Positions 1-11,777 of a DNA stretch of 64,000 nucleotides are shown here, one piece after another. The DNA is taken from assembly GCF_038025025.1 (NCBI RefSeq), contig NW_027117339.1, positions 1,054,001 through 1,118,000 of the forward strand. The letters are read 5' to 3'. Position numbers and translations under genes: made by a program. The stretch is from Phyllosticta citribraziliensis (lineage: Eukaryota). Positions within the stretch are counted from its first letter, which is position 1; every line of letters starts with the position of its first letter. Under the pieces are notes generated by a model. The model made no database searches, was not told the DNA's origin, and saw only the letters and a list, made by a program, of their open reading frames with translations.

Positions 1-996
1 GCCTGAATGAAGTGGCGCGGTTGGAGAGCCGGCGAAAGAAGAAGATTGAGGCTTTGAAGGCCAAGGCCAAGCAAGACGACATCAGTAAGCCGAGTCCCTT
101 GTCCTACACCAACACCGACTCTGGGAAACATCGCTAACATTCTGCCTATAGCTCCTTCACTCCTGTCAGAAACGGCCCGTCTCGAGAGGGCATATCCTAT
201 GCAGCCCATTGAAGCGATCCAGTTCGAAGACCTTTTCAGCGCACACCTCTCAGAAAACTGGGACCCCGAAACGAGCGAGTTGCTCTCTTCAGAATCCCAG
301 CTTCAATCAACGCTAGTATCGCGCCTCACAGCAGCCAATGCCGCCTTCAACGCCGCGCGCGCGCCTAGTACCAACAAGTCATCCTCAGACCGCGAAGCGG
401 CGCTGCAGAAACTGGAAAACGCCTACTTCAAGTACAAGGAGGTCATATCCAACCTCGACGTAGGGCGCAAGTTCTACAACGACCTCGCCAAGGTGGTGGG
501 CCGGTTCCGCGAGGACGCGCGCGCCTTTACCTATGGGCGGCGGGCCGAGGCGGCGAGCTTCGAGCGCGACATTGTCGAAGGCATGGAGGGTCTCGTCATC
601 CGCGAGGAAGGCCGCCGCCGTGAGGAGCAGCTCAAGGGCGAGCGAGAGAGGCAGGTTCGTGCCAGTATGCTTGCTGGGCAGCCAGTCCCATCGGCGTTTG
701 ACGTCAATGCGGGCTCTCCCCAACAGCAGCAACCGCAACAGCACCCACAGCCCCTTGGCAGCGGGAACGCAACGCCTCTGCCTGCGCCGACGCCCACTCG
801 CGCCAGCTTTGTCGAGGGCGTGCAGGCGGGCGCCGCTGGGCCCTCGACCAATGGCATGTGGTCGCCTGAGGTGGGCATCCGCTTCGGTGGGCCCCCTGGA
901 GGCGCCGCCGCGGCTGCACCGCAGCAGCAACAACCGCCCGGACCAGACGTACAGAACCGGACGTGGGATCCGAGCATGGGGTTGAAGTTTGGGTGA
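1..996 (+). CDS. RIM20: pH-response regulator PalA/Rim20 (Bro1/ALIX family), 3' part; 5' end lies outside the window; intron 85-151
   Basis: ALIX V-domain-like C-terminal sequence (ETARLERAYPMQPIEAIQFEDLF...NLDVGRKFYNDL) followed by a Pro/Gln-rich tail; GTAAGC...GCTAAC...TAG intron. Confidence 0.85.
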
Positions 997-2233
997 GATG
1001 GAGTGTTTTTCTGCAAGAGTCTCTCATCTGAGGGCGGCAGCGCACGTGGGGCAGATTTGTCCGGTGGTGGTCCAGGGGGTGGCGGTGCTGGCTGATACCC
1101 ATCGTACGGGGCCGTTCACCCGCTACGGCCGGCGTCGACACCACTACCACCGCCACGATGGGTCCTCATCACCACCGCCATCCTGTCATCTCTTTCTCAC
1201 TATTGCATTACTTGAAATTTTCAAGATTAGCGATTTGGGCATTTGATGTGCGTGTTGGCAGTAGACTGCATGATTGAAGGGGGGCCGTGAGAGTGCTAGA
1301 AAGGTGAATTTCATGAAGCTAGCAGGGGAAGACAGGAGCTGTGTGAAGCGTAATTGGTCAGTATACCCGACAATCTCGAGCACCATTGCATGTGTCCGCT
1401 CCGGACATGAATATTCTCAACTTCTTCACCCTTCACAATTCTTCCACGCTTGGACCCGAGCACGTCCAAGTGAATGAAGCAAGCGAGCAGTCGTCGTCTC
1501 GTCCCTCTTCCTGGCTGGAAAGTGACATGTCGGCAATCGGCAGTCGATTGTGGAGTTGACCGAAGCAAGGGGTGCAGCTCACTCGAGCAACGACATGTCA
1601 AAAACAGGGCAGAGGTTTCGATGAATCAGGGTCTTGGTGGACTGAGTGCTCTGGCAAAATGATGAGCCGCCAAAGAGGGCGTGGAAGGAGGAGGCTTAGA
1701 GCGATTTATCTTGTGCGGCATTTTTCCAGAGAGAGTTATTTTGATGGCGGAGAGCGAGGGGGAAAAGAGATGGAGCGTTTGACCATGGACAGACGAGAGG
1801 AGGTGGATTAGTTGGGATTACAGGAGTGCTGTATTGTGAGCAGACACAGAGGGGACACAGAGCTGGCGCGGAGGAGGAGCGAGGCTTAGACACGGTGGTG
1901 CGGTGTTTTGGGCTCAGCAACGGAATGAGAAAGGAGCAACAATAATGTGGGCAAACACAATGACGGTGATGACCACCACCATGACAGCAGGAGAGAGTGA
2001 GACAGGGTTTGAGCATTCGGCTCGGTCGAGAGGTCCCAATTTGACGGACGTGAAGGCCGAACTAACGAGAGAGAAGGTTGAGGTACGGTGGTGAGTGAGG
2101 CGCAGGCACGCACGCAAGCCCCCTTTCCTCTCCGTCGGGATCGATGATCCATTCCATTGGACATTAGCAGCAGCCAGCGCCCCGTGTGGCTGTGTAACGG
2201 TGCGAGGTAAGGAACGGGGACGGTCGACCGATG

Positions 2234-2256
2234 GGACGGACGGACGGACGGACGGA
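2234..2256. repeat. (GGAC)n microsatellite
   Basis: ggacggacggacggacggacgga. Confidence 0.9.
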
Positions 2257-3031
2257 ACGCCAACGGAGACCTGACCCGGGCTCCGACCAAGTTGGGCGCT
2301 GGCTTTGGTGCGTCGGGCATTTTCGAAATGGTTGAATTTTTCTTTTGTATCATGGGTATTGGTTTTGGCCGTGGTCAGGCGCGCGCGAAGGCAAGCGAGC
2401 AAAAAATTCAGCTTACTCAATCGGGCAACAGGTCTGATGGGCACGACAGAGAGGATGATTACATCCATTGCAGACGCAAGCACAAGGGCAACGATAGGAA
2501 GTCGCGGAATGGAATGGGCCGATTGTTGCGTCAATGCATCATCGAATACGTACGTCGTGGTCCCTTGAAGAGCTGAAAGGCGCCGCGATGCCGAGTCAGG
2601 AGAAGATGGAGAAGCGGGTAGCGGGCGGGAGGTTGAACGAGAGAACAAGGATGGTGGCGGCTTGGCCTCTTGGATTAATGTCTGCCTGGAGGTACATGTG
2701 GTTTCGACGACGAGGACGCGTCAGCGCCAGGCTTTGGCATTTGGAATTGGATGGCTAAAGGGTAGGTTTAGTTTGTGAGGCATGGACAGCGAACAAGCAG
2801 CGCAAGGTGAGGCGGTAAGGTATTTGTTGCGGGCCGGGAAGTTGAGGCCACTGGGTGCAGTAGTTACGACCGAGGACTGGGAGTTGGAGTGCAGCCCGGG
2901 CGTTTGCTTTATGATGTAATTGCGAGCAAAAAGCATTCCTATTCGGCTCCAATTGGATCTCACGTGGGGTAGCAAGGCTGAAACCACCTGGAGCGGCGCG
3001 CTAATGGGACTTCCATGGAGGCTAGATTACC

Positions 3032-3034
<3 letters not shown>

Positions 3035-3072
<38 letters not shown>
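3035..3072. repeat. (GGCACA)6 hexamer microsatellite
   Basis: Perfect tandem copies read directly. Confidence 0.9.
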
Positions 3073-3073
<1 letters not shown>

Positions 3074-4067
3074 TCAGCGAGTCTTGTCTGGCGACTGCTA
3101 AGAATAGGCAGGCCGCTGCAACGGCGGCGATCACCCGCGGAGGGTGTTTGATGAGATGATGGTGGAGAGCGAGTTGTGCCTTGGAGTCTGCCTCGGGGTC
3201 GCTTGGCGGCCATGTGGCAGTGCAGTGGAGAGGGAGCGCGAAAGGAGAGCCATGGCCGACGAGTCAAAGTCCCGATACGTGTTTCAAGTTGAGCAGGCGA
3301 CGGCGGAATCACCATGCCTGTCCTCGGTCGCTTTGCTCTGCACTATGACGACGAGTGCTAGAGGTGGACGGGAGTTGCGCGCGCAAAAGAGAGCCGGCCC
3401 GTGCGCCACCAGCCACTCACTCTCACCCTCACCCTGCCCGGGCCTGCTACGAGTAGACGTCCAGTCAGAAAGGACCTGACTCTCGAATCTCTTCTCCGAC
3501 GTCTTCTCCTCGTATCCTCCCTCCTCCTGGACCACCTCGTCCTCGTCCTCCGCCGCCTGCACTGCACCTGCATACCTACCTACTTAGCCGCCCGCCCGCG
3601 CTGTAGGTCGTCCGTCCGTCTACTGTACCCACCTCTACATATCCGCCACTAGCTACACCCACCCACCACCACGGCCCGCTCGGCCTTATTCACCGTCCGC
3701 GCACCGCACTTTGTGCTCTGCGGCCCCCACCGCCAACCGCGCCCTCTACCTCTTCTTTCGCACACCTCTCTCCGCATATCGCAATTCCTGATACCCGACT
3801 ATATTTGGCGCCCCCAACCCCGTCGCGCATTAGGCTTCGCTGCCTTAAAGTCGTCTGCGCTGACTGACCTACATTACCGCCCTCCCGCTCCCACCCTCTC
3901 AGCTGCTGCGCCCCCCCCAGGCTGAGTCGCGAGGCCAACTTTCCACCATCGACTCCATCCAAGCCTCGTCTCCGCTGTCCTCCGCTTCCGCCCTCCCCAG
4001 CCCAGTCGTCGCAAGCCGTCTGCCCTGCGCACCGCTCCTCCCGCTCTCCGCCCAATCCGATTCCTCC

Positions 4068-4076
4068 ATGGTCTGA
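4068..4076 (+). promoter_or_regulatory. Minimal uORF (ATG GTC TGA) upstream of CRZ1
   Basis: The only ATG I found in the pyrimidine-rich leader (~3480-4123); transcription start unknown. Confidence 0.4.
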
Positions 4077-4123
4077 GCCCATCAGTCGACTCAAAGACAA
4101 CAACCACATCCCTCCCACCCATC

Positions 4124-6458
4124 ATGGACCCCCACCAGCGCGGCCGCTCGCCCTCGCAGGGTCACCAGCCTCATATAAGTCAGAACAACTCCCCCTCGCC
4201 ACACGCCGGATATCAAAACGTCACCGGTCTTGGCCTGGACGGAGCTTCGCTGGTGCCTGATTACAACCACACCACAACCTTTGACCACTCCAACAATCCC
4301 TCATTCGACCTGTCACCCAACTATCTGTCGCCTACCCATTCCCAGTATTCTCAGCAGCCGGAAATCGCGAACCACACTTTCCTCCAGCCCCAGGGTCTGC
4401 CCTCCAACGCCACAAGCCCGCAGTTTGGACCTCAGTCCAACATCTACCCCCAGGATAACCTCGCCCTAGGGAACAACGCTGCAGACAACGGGGGATTCAA
4501 TGCGCAAGGCTTTCAGAACAACGGACTAGGGGCTCAATCAATCGATCCTTCCATCCTGCTTGACAGCCAGATCAGCGGCCAACAATTGCATGACCAGTCC
4601 ATTGATCCAACCAACCTTATGAACCAAATGTCGACCGCGGCGCACTCTCCCACCCCTCCTCACCTGCTCCAGGGCGATATGCGCCACTCCAGCAACAGCC
4701 CACACGCATCTCCCAGCATCCACCAGGGCGCCTTTACCCCGTCGGGCCACTCGCGACAACATTCGCTGGATCCTAGCGCTGCGTTTGCGCATCACAACGA
4801 GTGGCACGGCATGCAGCAATTTAGAGGCCATCGGAGAGCGCCCTCAGACACCTATTCGGACGTGTCGTCCTCTGCCCAGCCGTCGCCATACCTCGGAAAC
4901 GCCGACGGCTTCGATGACAGCAACGCTTCGCCATTGCTGGGAGCGCAGCAGGATCCCATGTTCCAGGACGTCCTGAATTTTGGCCAATTCTCTCTATCAG
5001 ACAACCAGGCCGGCATCAGCCCAGGACACAGCCCCGCCATCTCGCCGCGTCTCATGCCCCAGCAGCAGCAACTGCCACCTTTTACAGCGTCCAACAACTA
5101 CGGGCTAGCACCTATCATGAACAACCGCAGCGACGGCATGGACTTGTTTCCCGGGACAGGCCAGGAGCCGTTCCCAGCGCTGAGCAATGATCACGCTCCC
5201 GACTATGGCGCTTCGGACCAAATGTCTCCACCAGAAATCAATATCGATTTTGCGCCGCCCTCGAGGCAGCAAAGCTTTGAACCGCCCAAGCCTGAAGACT
5301 CATCCAACGCATTGAGCCCACCTGATCGCAGTAAGTATTATCAGGGTTTGACATGGGTCAGTCTAATCGTGAATAGATCGCTCGCGTAATCGCATGCGCG
5401 CAAAATCCGATCCCTTCAGCAGCGCCAGCATGCGTGCCGGGCAACCCGCAAGCCCGCCGTCAGACCCTGCTACGTCGCTGCATCCTGACGCCGCGAAACT
5501 ATCCGTCTCCCGCCCGTCGACTCCCGGCGGCGTGGGCAAAACATCGCGCCGCTCTTCGACTTCTAGCATTCCGCATCGCGACTACATGCTTGGCCTCGCC
5601 GACCCGAACCGTCCAAATCCAGCCCACCCTGCCTCTACAGCATCAAGCCCTGGTGGCCACAGCGAATCCGCAGCTTCTGTCACTTCAGCCACTGGGTCAA
5701 AGCGCACGCAGAAACACCCTGCGACGTTTCAATGCTCGTTGTGCCCAAAGAGGTTTACCCGGGCGTACAATCTTCGCTCTCATCTGCGTACCCACACCGA
5801 CGAGCGTCCATTTGTCTGCAGCGTCTGTGGCAAAGCTTTTGCTCGCCAGCACGACCGCAAGCGACACGAAGGCTTGCATAGCGGTGAGAAGAAGTTTGTC
5901 TGTCGTGGTGTGCTCAAGGACGGCGGTTCTTGGGGATGCTCACGTCGTTTTGCTCGCGCAGACGCCCTTGGTCGGCACTTCAGAAGCGAGGCCGGACGTG
6001 TATGCATCAGGCCGCTTTTAGAAGAAGAAGCGCAAGAAAGGGGTTTGGACCTGGGAATATTATCTGGCCAAGCCCAACAGCAGCAGCATCAACCGGGCAT
6101 GGAGCACTTCAATCCCATGATGCAGCCTGGGCAGCCACAGGGCCTGGGCATGATGATGCCTCAGCACCCGCATGGTTCGCCGTTTGATCCGCTAGGCCAG
6201 CAGCCTGGCTTGGGCGTCGCTCATGGTGGTCCCATGATGGGCTTCGCACTACCGCAGTCTCTACTCCAGCAGTACCCAGCCTTGGCCGGAATACAATGGG
6301 ACGCTCTGCCCCCAAGCAACAACGACGACAACATTGACGACGACGCCATCAGCGGACGGAGTAGCTTCGACGCGCAAAGCTCTGGTGGCGACATGTACGA
6401 CGACAATAGCTGGCGCAACGAGCAAACGCTCAGCGATTACGACGGACGAGGCGGATGA
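4124..6458 (+). CDS. CRZ1: Calcineurin-responsive C2H2 zinc-finger transcription factor Crz1/CrzA; exons 4124-5330 and 5377-6458
   Basis: [29 protein letters not shown]...[14 protein letters not shown] fingers; PxIxIT-like docking motif PEINID; Ser-rich region; a 46-nt GTAAGT..CTAAT..TAG intron joins the two ORFs in frame. Confidence 0.93.
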
Positions 6459-8368
6459 GCTAGTCCCTCTAGCACGGACTTGATCGACTTGCTGCCGTCC
6501 GTCCATGCAGCCAGGAACAGTGCGTACCTGGCTGACGCATTAATGATCGCCGTGGGGGCAGCTTCGAAATGATGCGGCGCCCAGCCCACTCACCGCCCGC
6601 TCAAACGTCAAAATCAACCCCCAGACACTTCGCCATGTGTCATGTGCCTGCGGATGAGACGAGTCATCCCGTTGCGGCTTCTGCTCTGGTGCTTGGCCCC
6701 CGTCAGACCGATCCCGTTGAGCCACTTTCACCGTTTCTTTCTTCGCTTTGACCCTGGTGATTGGCACGCGTCACGACTCTTTTTTCTTACTCTTCTTCGG
6801 TGTGCCCCTTTACTTGTTTCTTTGGCACTTTCGCGCTCCTTGTTTTGTTGAAAGAGATACCACATCTTGCTTTAGCCCAAAGTGCTGCTGGTTCGTCTCG
6901 TTCCCTGTTCTTCATCTACTTCGAATCGGCGGCCTGTCTGGCTTCGCTGTCTTTGCTCGCCTCCAATTCATTGTCGAGACTGGCTTCAGCGCCTCGACTG
7001 GTGTTCATGGCCGTCGCTTCGCCTGCAACCTTTTCGAAGAAGGAAGTGACGAAGAGGATCAGATGTCTCGAGTACAGTTGAAGCCAGACAACCTTTGGCG
7101 GCGTACGTGGCCAGGCAGACACGCCTGTGACTTCCTGTCCGGCCCTTTTGATCTTTTGTCCTATTCTCCTTTGTTGTGCTATTCTCATGAACATTCTGCC
7201 CCATATATCTACTTTCCACACGAAATGTCCGATCAATGGCAAAAAAGACCCGCGCCGTTATCTTTGTGGTTGATTGCACCAGAGCTGCCATGTTGTCCTC
7301 CCCTGTTGTGTGTGAATCTATAGAGTATCGCTTCTTTTGCTGTCGTGTTGGTTCGTTGCTTGCTTTATTGTTTTTTACTGCTCGGTCTATCTGTTGCGGC
7401 GGCCTCGTTCACCAGTCGTCGTTTCTCAAATTGAGAGGCCCGACGTCGTTCGCATCGGCCTTGTTGGTCTTGCAGAAGTCGGATGCTTGGACTGCAAAAG
7501 CCAACGTTGGCTTTCCCCTTGGGCGACGCGTCAAGGACATTCATGGCAGGGAAAAGAAGACAAAAGTAGCTAGCTGGGCTGCTGCTCCGCCTCTCTTCTC
7601 TCCGCGACACGTCCCTCTTTCCCCTTCGCTTCTTTTCCCTCCCCATTTCCTCTCTTCTCTTTTTCTTCTGCTTTCCCTTTGGCAGGTCTCTCTGGCGCGC
7701 AAACAAACTATAGACGGACAAGATGATGATTGTGCGAGATCGAGATGGGCACTGGATATGTTTGCGGAACGATTGGTACGAGGCACGGGACAAGCAACAA
7801 GATCCGATGAACATATGTTGGATGGTGGTCGATTCCCTGGCCGGGTTGCGCAGACTGGGAGGAGGAGGTGTTGATCGTTGGCGGCGGAGGTGGTGGAAGG
7901 CTTTGTCGATATCGCCATATAAATGGATGATGGATGAATGGATGAATGATGAATCTACTATGGTTGTGCGTGTATGATGTGAGAGGGTTAAAGCGTTCAC
8001 GTGTTTGGTCCAGTGCGTTTACAAAACGAGTGTCGACTACACGCAGATAGAACAGATAAGCCATCCCGATGCTTTTGACAAACCCCAGAGCCTGTCAACA
8101 ACCAAACGCCTTTTGGGAGCGAATGCCCGAGACACCACGTCAAATGTAGAATACTTGGTAGCAGCATCGTTCATGTTCCGTCAGGTTGGCTAAAAATCTG
8201 AATACCACCTACAGCTCATCCGTCTCAGAAGCAATAGAAACGCCAAGCAGAGCGAAACCTCCCCACCCCCCAGCCAGAGCATCTCACGAAAGAAGCTCAG
8301 AATGCAAAAACACACAAGTCCTTGATCGGGGTTCCGAGAGGCTTCGACTTCGTCAGGCAAGTGCCCCA

Positions 8369-11300
8369 TTAGTTTCGACTTAAAGATTCGTCCGTGGGTC
8401 CAATCGTGCTCGAAGTCAGCGCACTCGATATGGTGATGGCCGTGTCCGGGCGAGGTACGCGGTGTCTGTTGACTGCTTCGCGACCCGCTCGCTCAGCAAA
8501 GGGCGTGCGTGCTGGATTGAAGTCCCCACCCCGTTGTCCATCATCATCCATCAAATTTTCAGATGTCTCGCCGAAGCCCTCGGTTTGATACCACTGTGGC
8601 CTCGCCTCCTCCTCTTCGGCTTCTTGAGCCTCGGCGTCGATGGCCGCCATTCTCACAATGAACTCCCTCTGCAGCTCTTTCAACCAACCTTTGAGCGTCT
8701 GCCCTTCCATGTTGCCAGCGCGGGCTTGCATCAAGTGCTCTTTCAAATTGAGAATCAGCTTGCGTCTCCGTTCGCGAACCACGGCCGTCGAGGTCCTCTT
8801 CTTCCTGTCGAGATTTTGGACCAGACGCGTCGCTACATCGGTTGCCGTCTGGATCATGTCCGGGGGGAGAGGAACGACTCTCGCCAGGGCGAGGCCATAA
8901 TTGCGCTCCTGGACGGGACCTTCGGCGACCTTGTACAGCATATGCATCGCGTTTCCGCTTCGCATATCCACCGAAAGATGCAAATTGACGACTCCGTTCC
9001 TTTCGGCCATTATGTTTGCCAGGTCGCGGAAATGCGTGGCGAACCACACCAAAGCTCGAGAGCTCACGAGCGCTTCCGCTATGGCGAGGGCAATGGCTAG
9101 GCCGTCCCGAGTGCTGGTACCTCGACCCAATTCGTCAATGATTGCCATGCTTCGCTTGTCAACGTTGCGGAGAATGAAGGCAGTCTCGCGCATTTCTGCG
9201 GCAAAGGTCGACATGTTTGCTTCAATGCTGTCGTCCAAGGATACTCGAGCAAAGAGTTGATGGAGAATCGGAAAAGACCCATATTGCGCCGGCACAAACA
9301 TGCCGATTTGAGCCATGACTGCCATGAGAGCAACAGAGCGAATATAGGTACTCTTGCCGGACATGTTGCACCCGGTGATGATCTGGAAGCGTTTTTGCTG
9401 CGTGGCGTAAAAGTCGTTCGGTATGAATTTTGTTGATTGAATCTTTTCGCGAATTGGATGACGACCTGCTTTGATTGCAAGCGTCTCCGCCAGAATTGGA
9501 CGGACATAGTCCTGACTGGTTACCAGGTTTGCAAATCCCGTCATCATGTCCAGCATTCCAATGCTCTCACAGACTTTGAACAGAGTCGCCATGTGGCCCC
9601 TCACCCTCTCAATCAAGCCTTGGACCGTTTTGTGGCTCAAAAGAACCACCTCGTAGTGGGCATCAACCACTTTTTGATTTCGCTTCATCATTTCTAGAGT
9701 TTGACATTCGACCTTGTTCTTCTTCTTGTATATGTTTGTAAAAGTCGCAGGCAGCACACGATTGTCAATGTCGGCCATGTCGAATTGGATGTAAAATTGT
9801 CGAGCGGAATCAAACTTGATGTCCAGGGCCAACTCATGGGTTTCTGTTCAGTATTAGATGGAGGAGGACAGATCATGTCTGAGTCACTTTACCGGCCAGA
9901 TCTTTCACATGCTGATAGACGTCGTCACTGGCCTCTCTGTACGCTTGTCGGGCAACGTCGAGGAGGCCGTTGGTCCCAGACTGTAAGAATTAGCAATAAT
10001 GGCCGGGAGCTTTCTTGGGAGATGCAAACCTTGACGGCGTAAGTGTGCTGGTTCCTCAAATCTATGGGTTTCCAGGCGAAAATCGTATCCTCGTTGATGA
10101 CTTCGTTGATGAGATTTTGAACAGGTGCTACATGGTCAGGGTTGCAAAGCTGAGGCGGTCAGTGGCAGTGACGAGGTCATTTTGCGCCAGGGCAGACCTC
10201 TCGAATTCCGGAAAGCATCGTGCTACGTGCGCCAGTCAAAGCACTGTAGACAGGCTCGATGCAGCTGACGAATTGTTTGAGCATAAGGACTTGATTGATG
10301 GCTTGTTCCATTGATTGCGCAGACGTTTTTGTCGGGACTATGATGAGCTAGAAAGCTGTGAGAATGAGCCAGGATGATGGCGGAGCAGTCGCACCTCTGT
10401 CAGTATTTTGTCGACGTCGAGAAATGCCTTGAGAGCTGTTCAACAGATTAGCAACAGCTTCATGAGCATTTCCGCTATTTCACCTTGTCTTGTGGCGAAG
10501 AACATCTCCTCCTTGGTCGAGAGCTCTTCTAAAGCATCATATCGAGTATTCAGTGTCTCCATATCAGTCAGGGGCTGTAGGACATTGCTACGGAGAAGTC
10601 TTGCTCCCATCGGAGTCTGTGTGGAATTCAAAAGCCCATAGAGACAGTCCCTGGATTTTGGGCTTTCGAGATTCTGAATGAGTTCAAGCGCACGAATTGT
10701 CGAAATATCAATCATCATCGAGCCTTCCTGTGGTATTAGCAGCTCATATCGAGGCGGGAACATTCTGAATAGAACCTTCAGACGGCTCGTATTTGATTCG
10801 AAGAGAATGGAATGGAAAGGTTCTCGAAAGGCCCAATTCAATGTATTTCAGTACCTGCGTCATGGTGAGCACAAGGGGATAAAGAAGCTGAGAGTGGCAC
10901 TACAGCTGCAAAGCAACAGACAGCAAAGTAGTTGCCCTCGAGCGCCAGCTTGATGGCTTCGATGTCCTCTGCAAAGGCAAAGTGCTGGATGTGCTCCATT
11001 CCAGCGGACTCGGACCAGAGTTTGCGATCAGCCAGGGTGATTTCACTGCCGAGCTCTTCAAGACTTTCCTCTATGATGGAGAAAAGTTTGGACTTTGGGT
11101 TCGACGCGGTCTGGACAATGAGAATTTCGGTAGGAGCATAGACGTGGAGCTTGTGGATCGTGCGAACATAGGTTTGGCTGTCACAAATTTGACACAAAAC
11201 TGCCTCTCCGGTGTCCAGGTTGACGAAGGCGAGTCCAACAGTCGGAGATATTCCGCGGCTTTCGCTGACTGCGCAGACAACATGTTGGTTTTCAATTCTG

Positions 11301-11473
11301 GCAATGGTAGAGGCTGCTGTCGTTGGTCTCGTGCCACGCGTCAGCGGCCTCTTGCGACTTGTCCGGCTCGTTTTGGGACGAGACAAAGTGGTTGTATCAT
11401 TTTCAAAAGAACAGAAAGGATACGAAATTGTCGCAGACGTTGAAGTTGTTGATGGACGCCTGAGTGATGCCAT
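8369..11473 (-). CDS. MSH4: Meiotic MutS homolog 4; 8 exons (introns approx. 10855-10903, 10724-10775, 10436-10483, 10348-10394, 10150-10197, 9981-10029, 9844-9892)
   Basis: MutS ATPase motifs GRHP, ITGCNMSGKST, IIDELGRGT, FATHF; N-terminal VCAVSESRGISPTVGLA with no mismatch-binding domain I; manual splicing gives a continuous frame. Confidence 0.9.
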
Positions 11474-11777
11474 TGCGGCTTGCAAACGACAATATGAGAA
11501 GCTTTGACGAGGTCAGAGGTAGTATACGAGAAAGACTTCCCCGAGGAGAAGCTCATGCGTGTGGTAGGTGAGGAGTGAAAGGAATGGAGAAGGTGGGGAG
11601 GGACGGGAGTCGAGATGGTCCGAGCGTTCACTTAGGGCTAAGAAAGTTGTGCTCCACCCAAAAAGTTCAACCACTCTGCATCGCTTTCTTGTGCAAGGCC
11701 TGCGCATTAACAGCTGCCTCCGCCTACGCCAGTTCATACCCACTCGACACATATCTACATCTTCCTCAGTTTCCACC

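Noticed and set aside
1000..3480. ORFs of 60-244 aa upstream of CRZ1
   Set aside because: No recognisable domains, overlap with microsatellites, mostly non-ATG starts.
6540..8300. ORFs of ~190-212 aa between CRZ1 and MSH4
   Set aside because: Pyrimidine/purine-skewed 3'UTR-like sequence with no coding signature.
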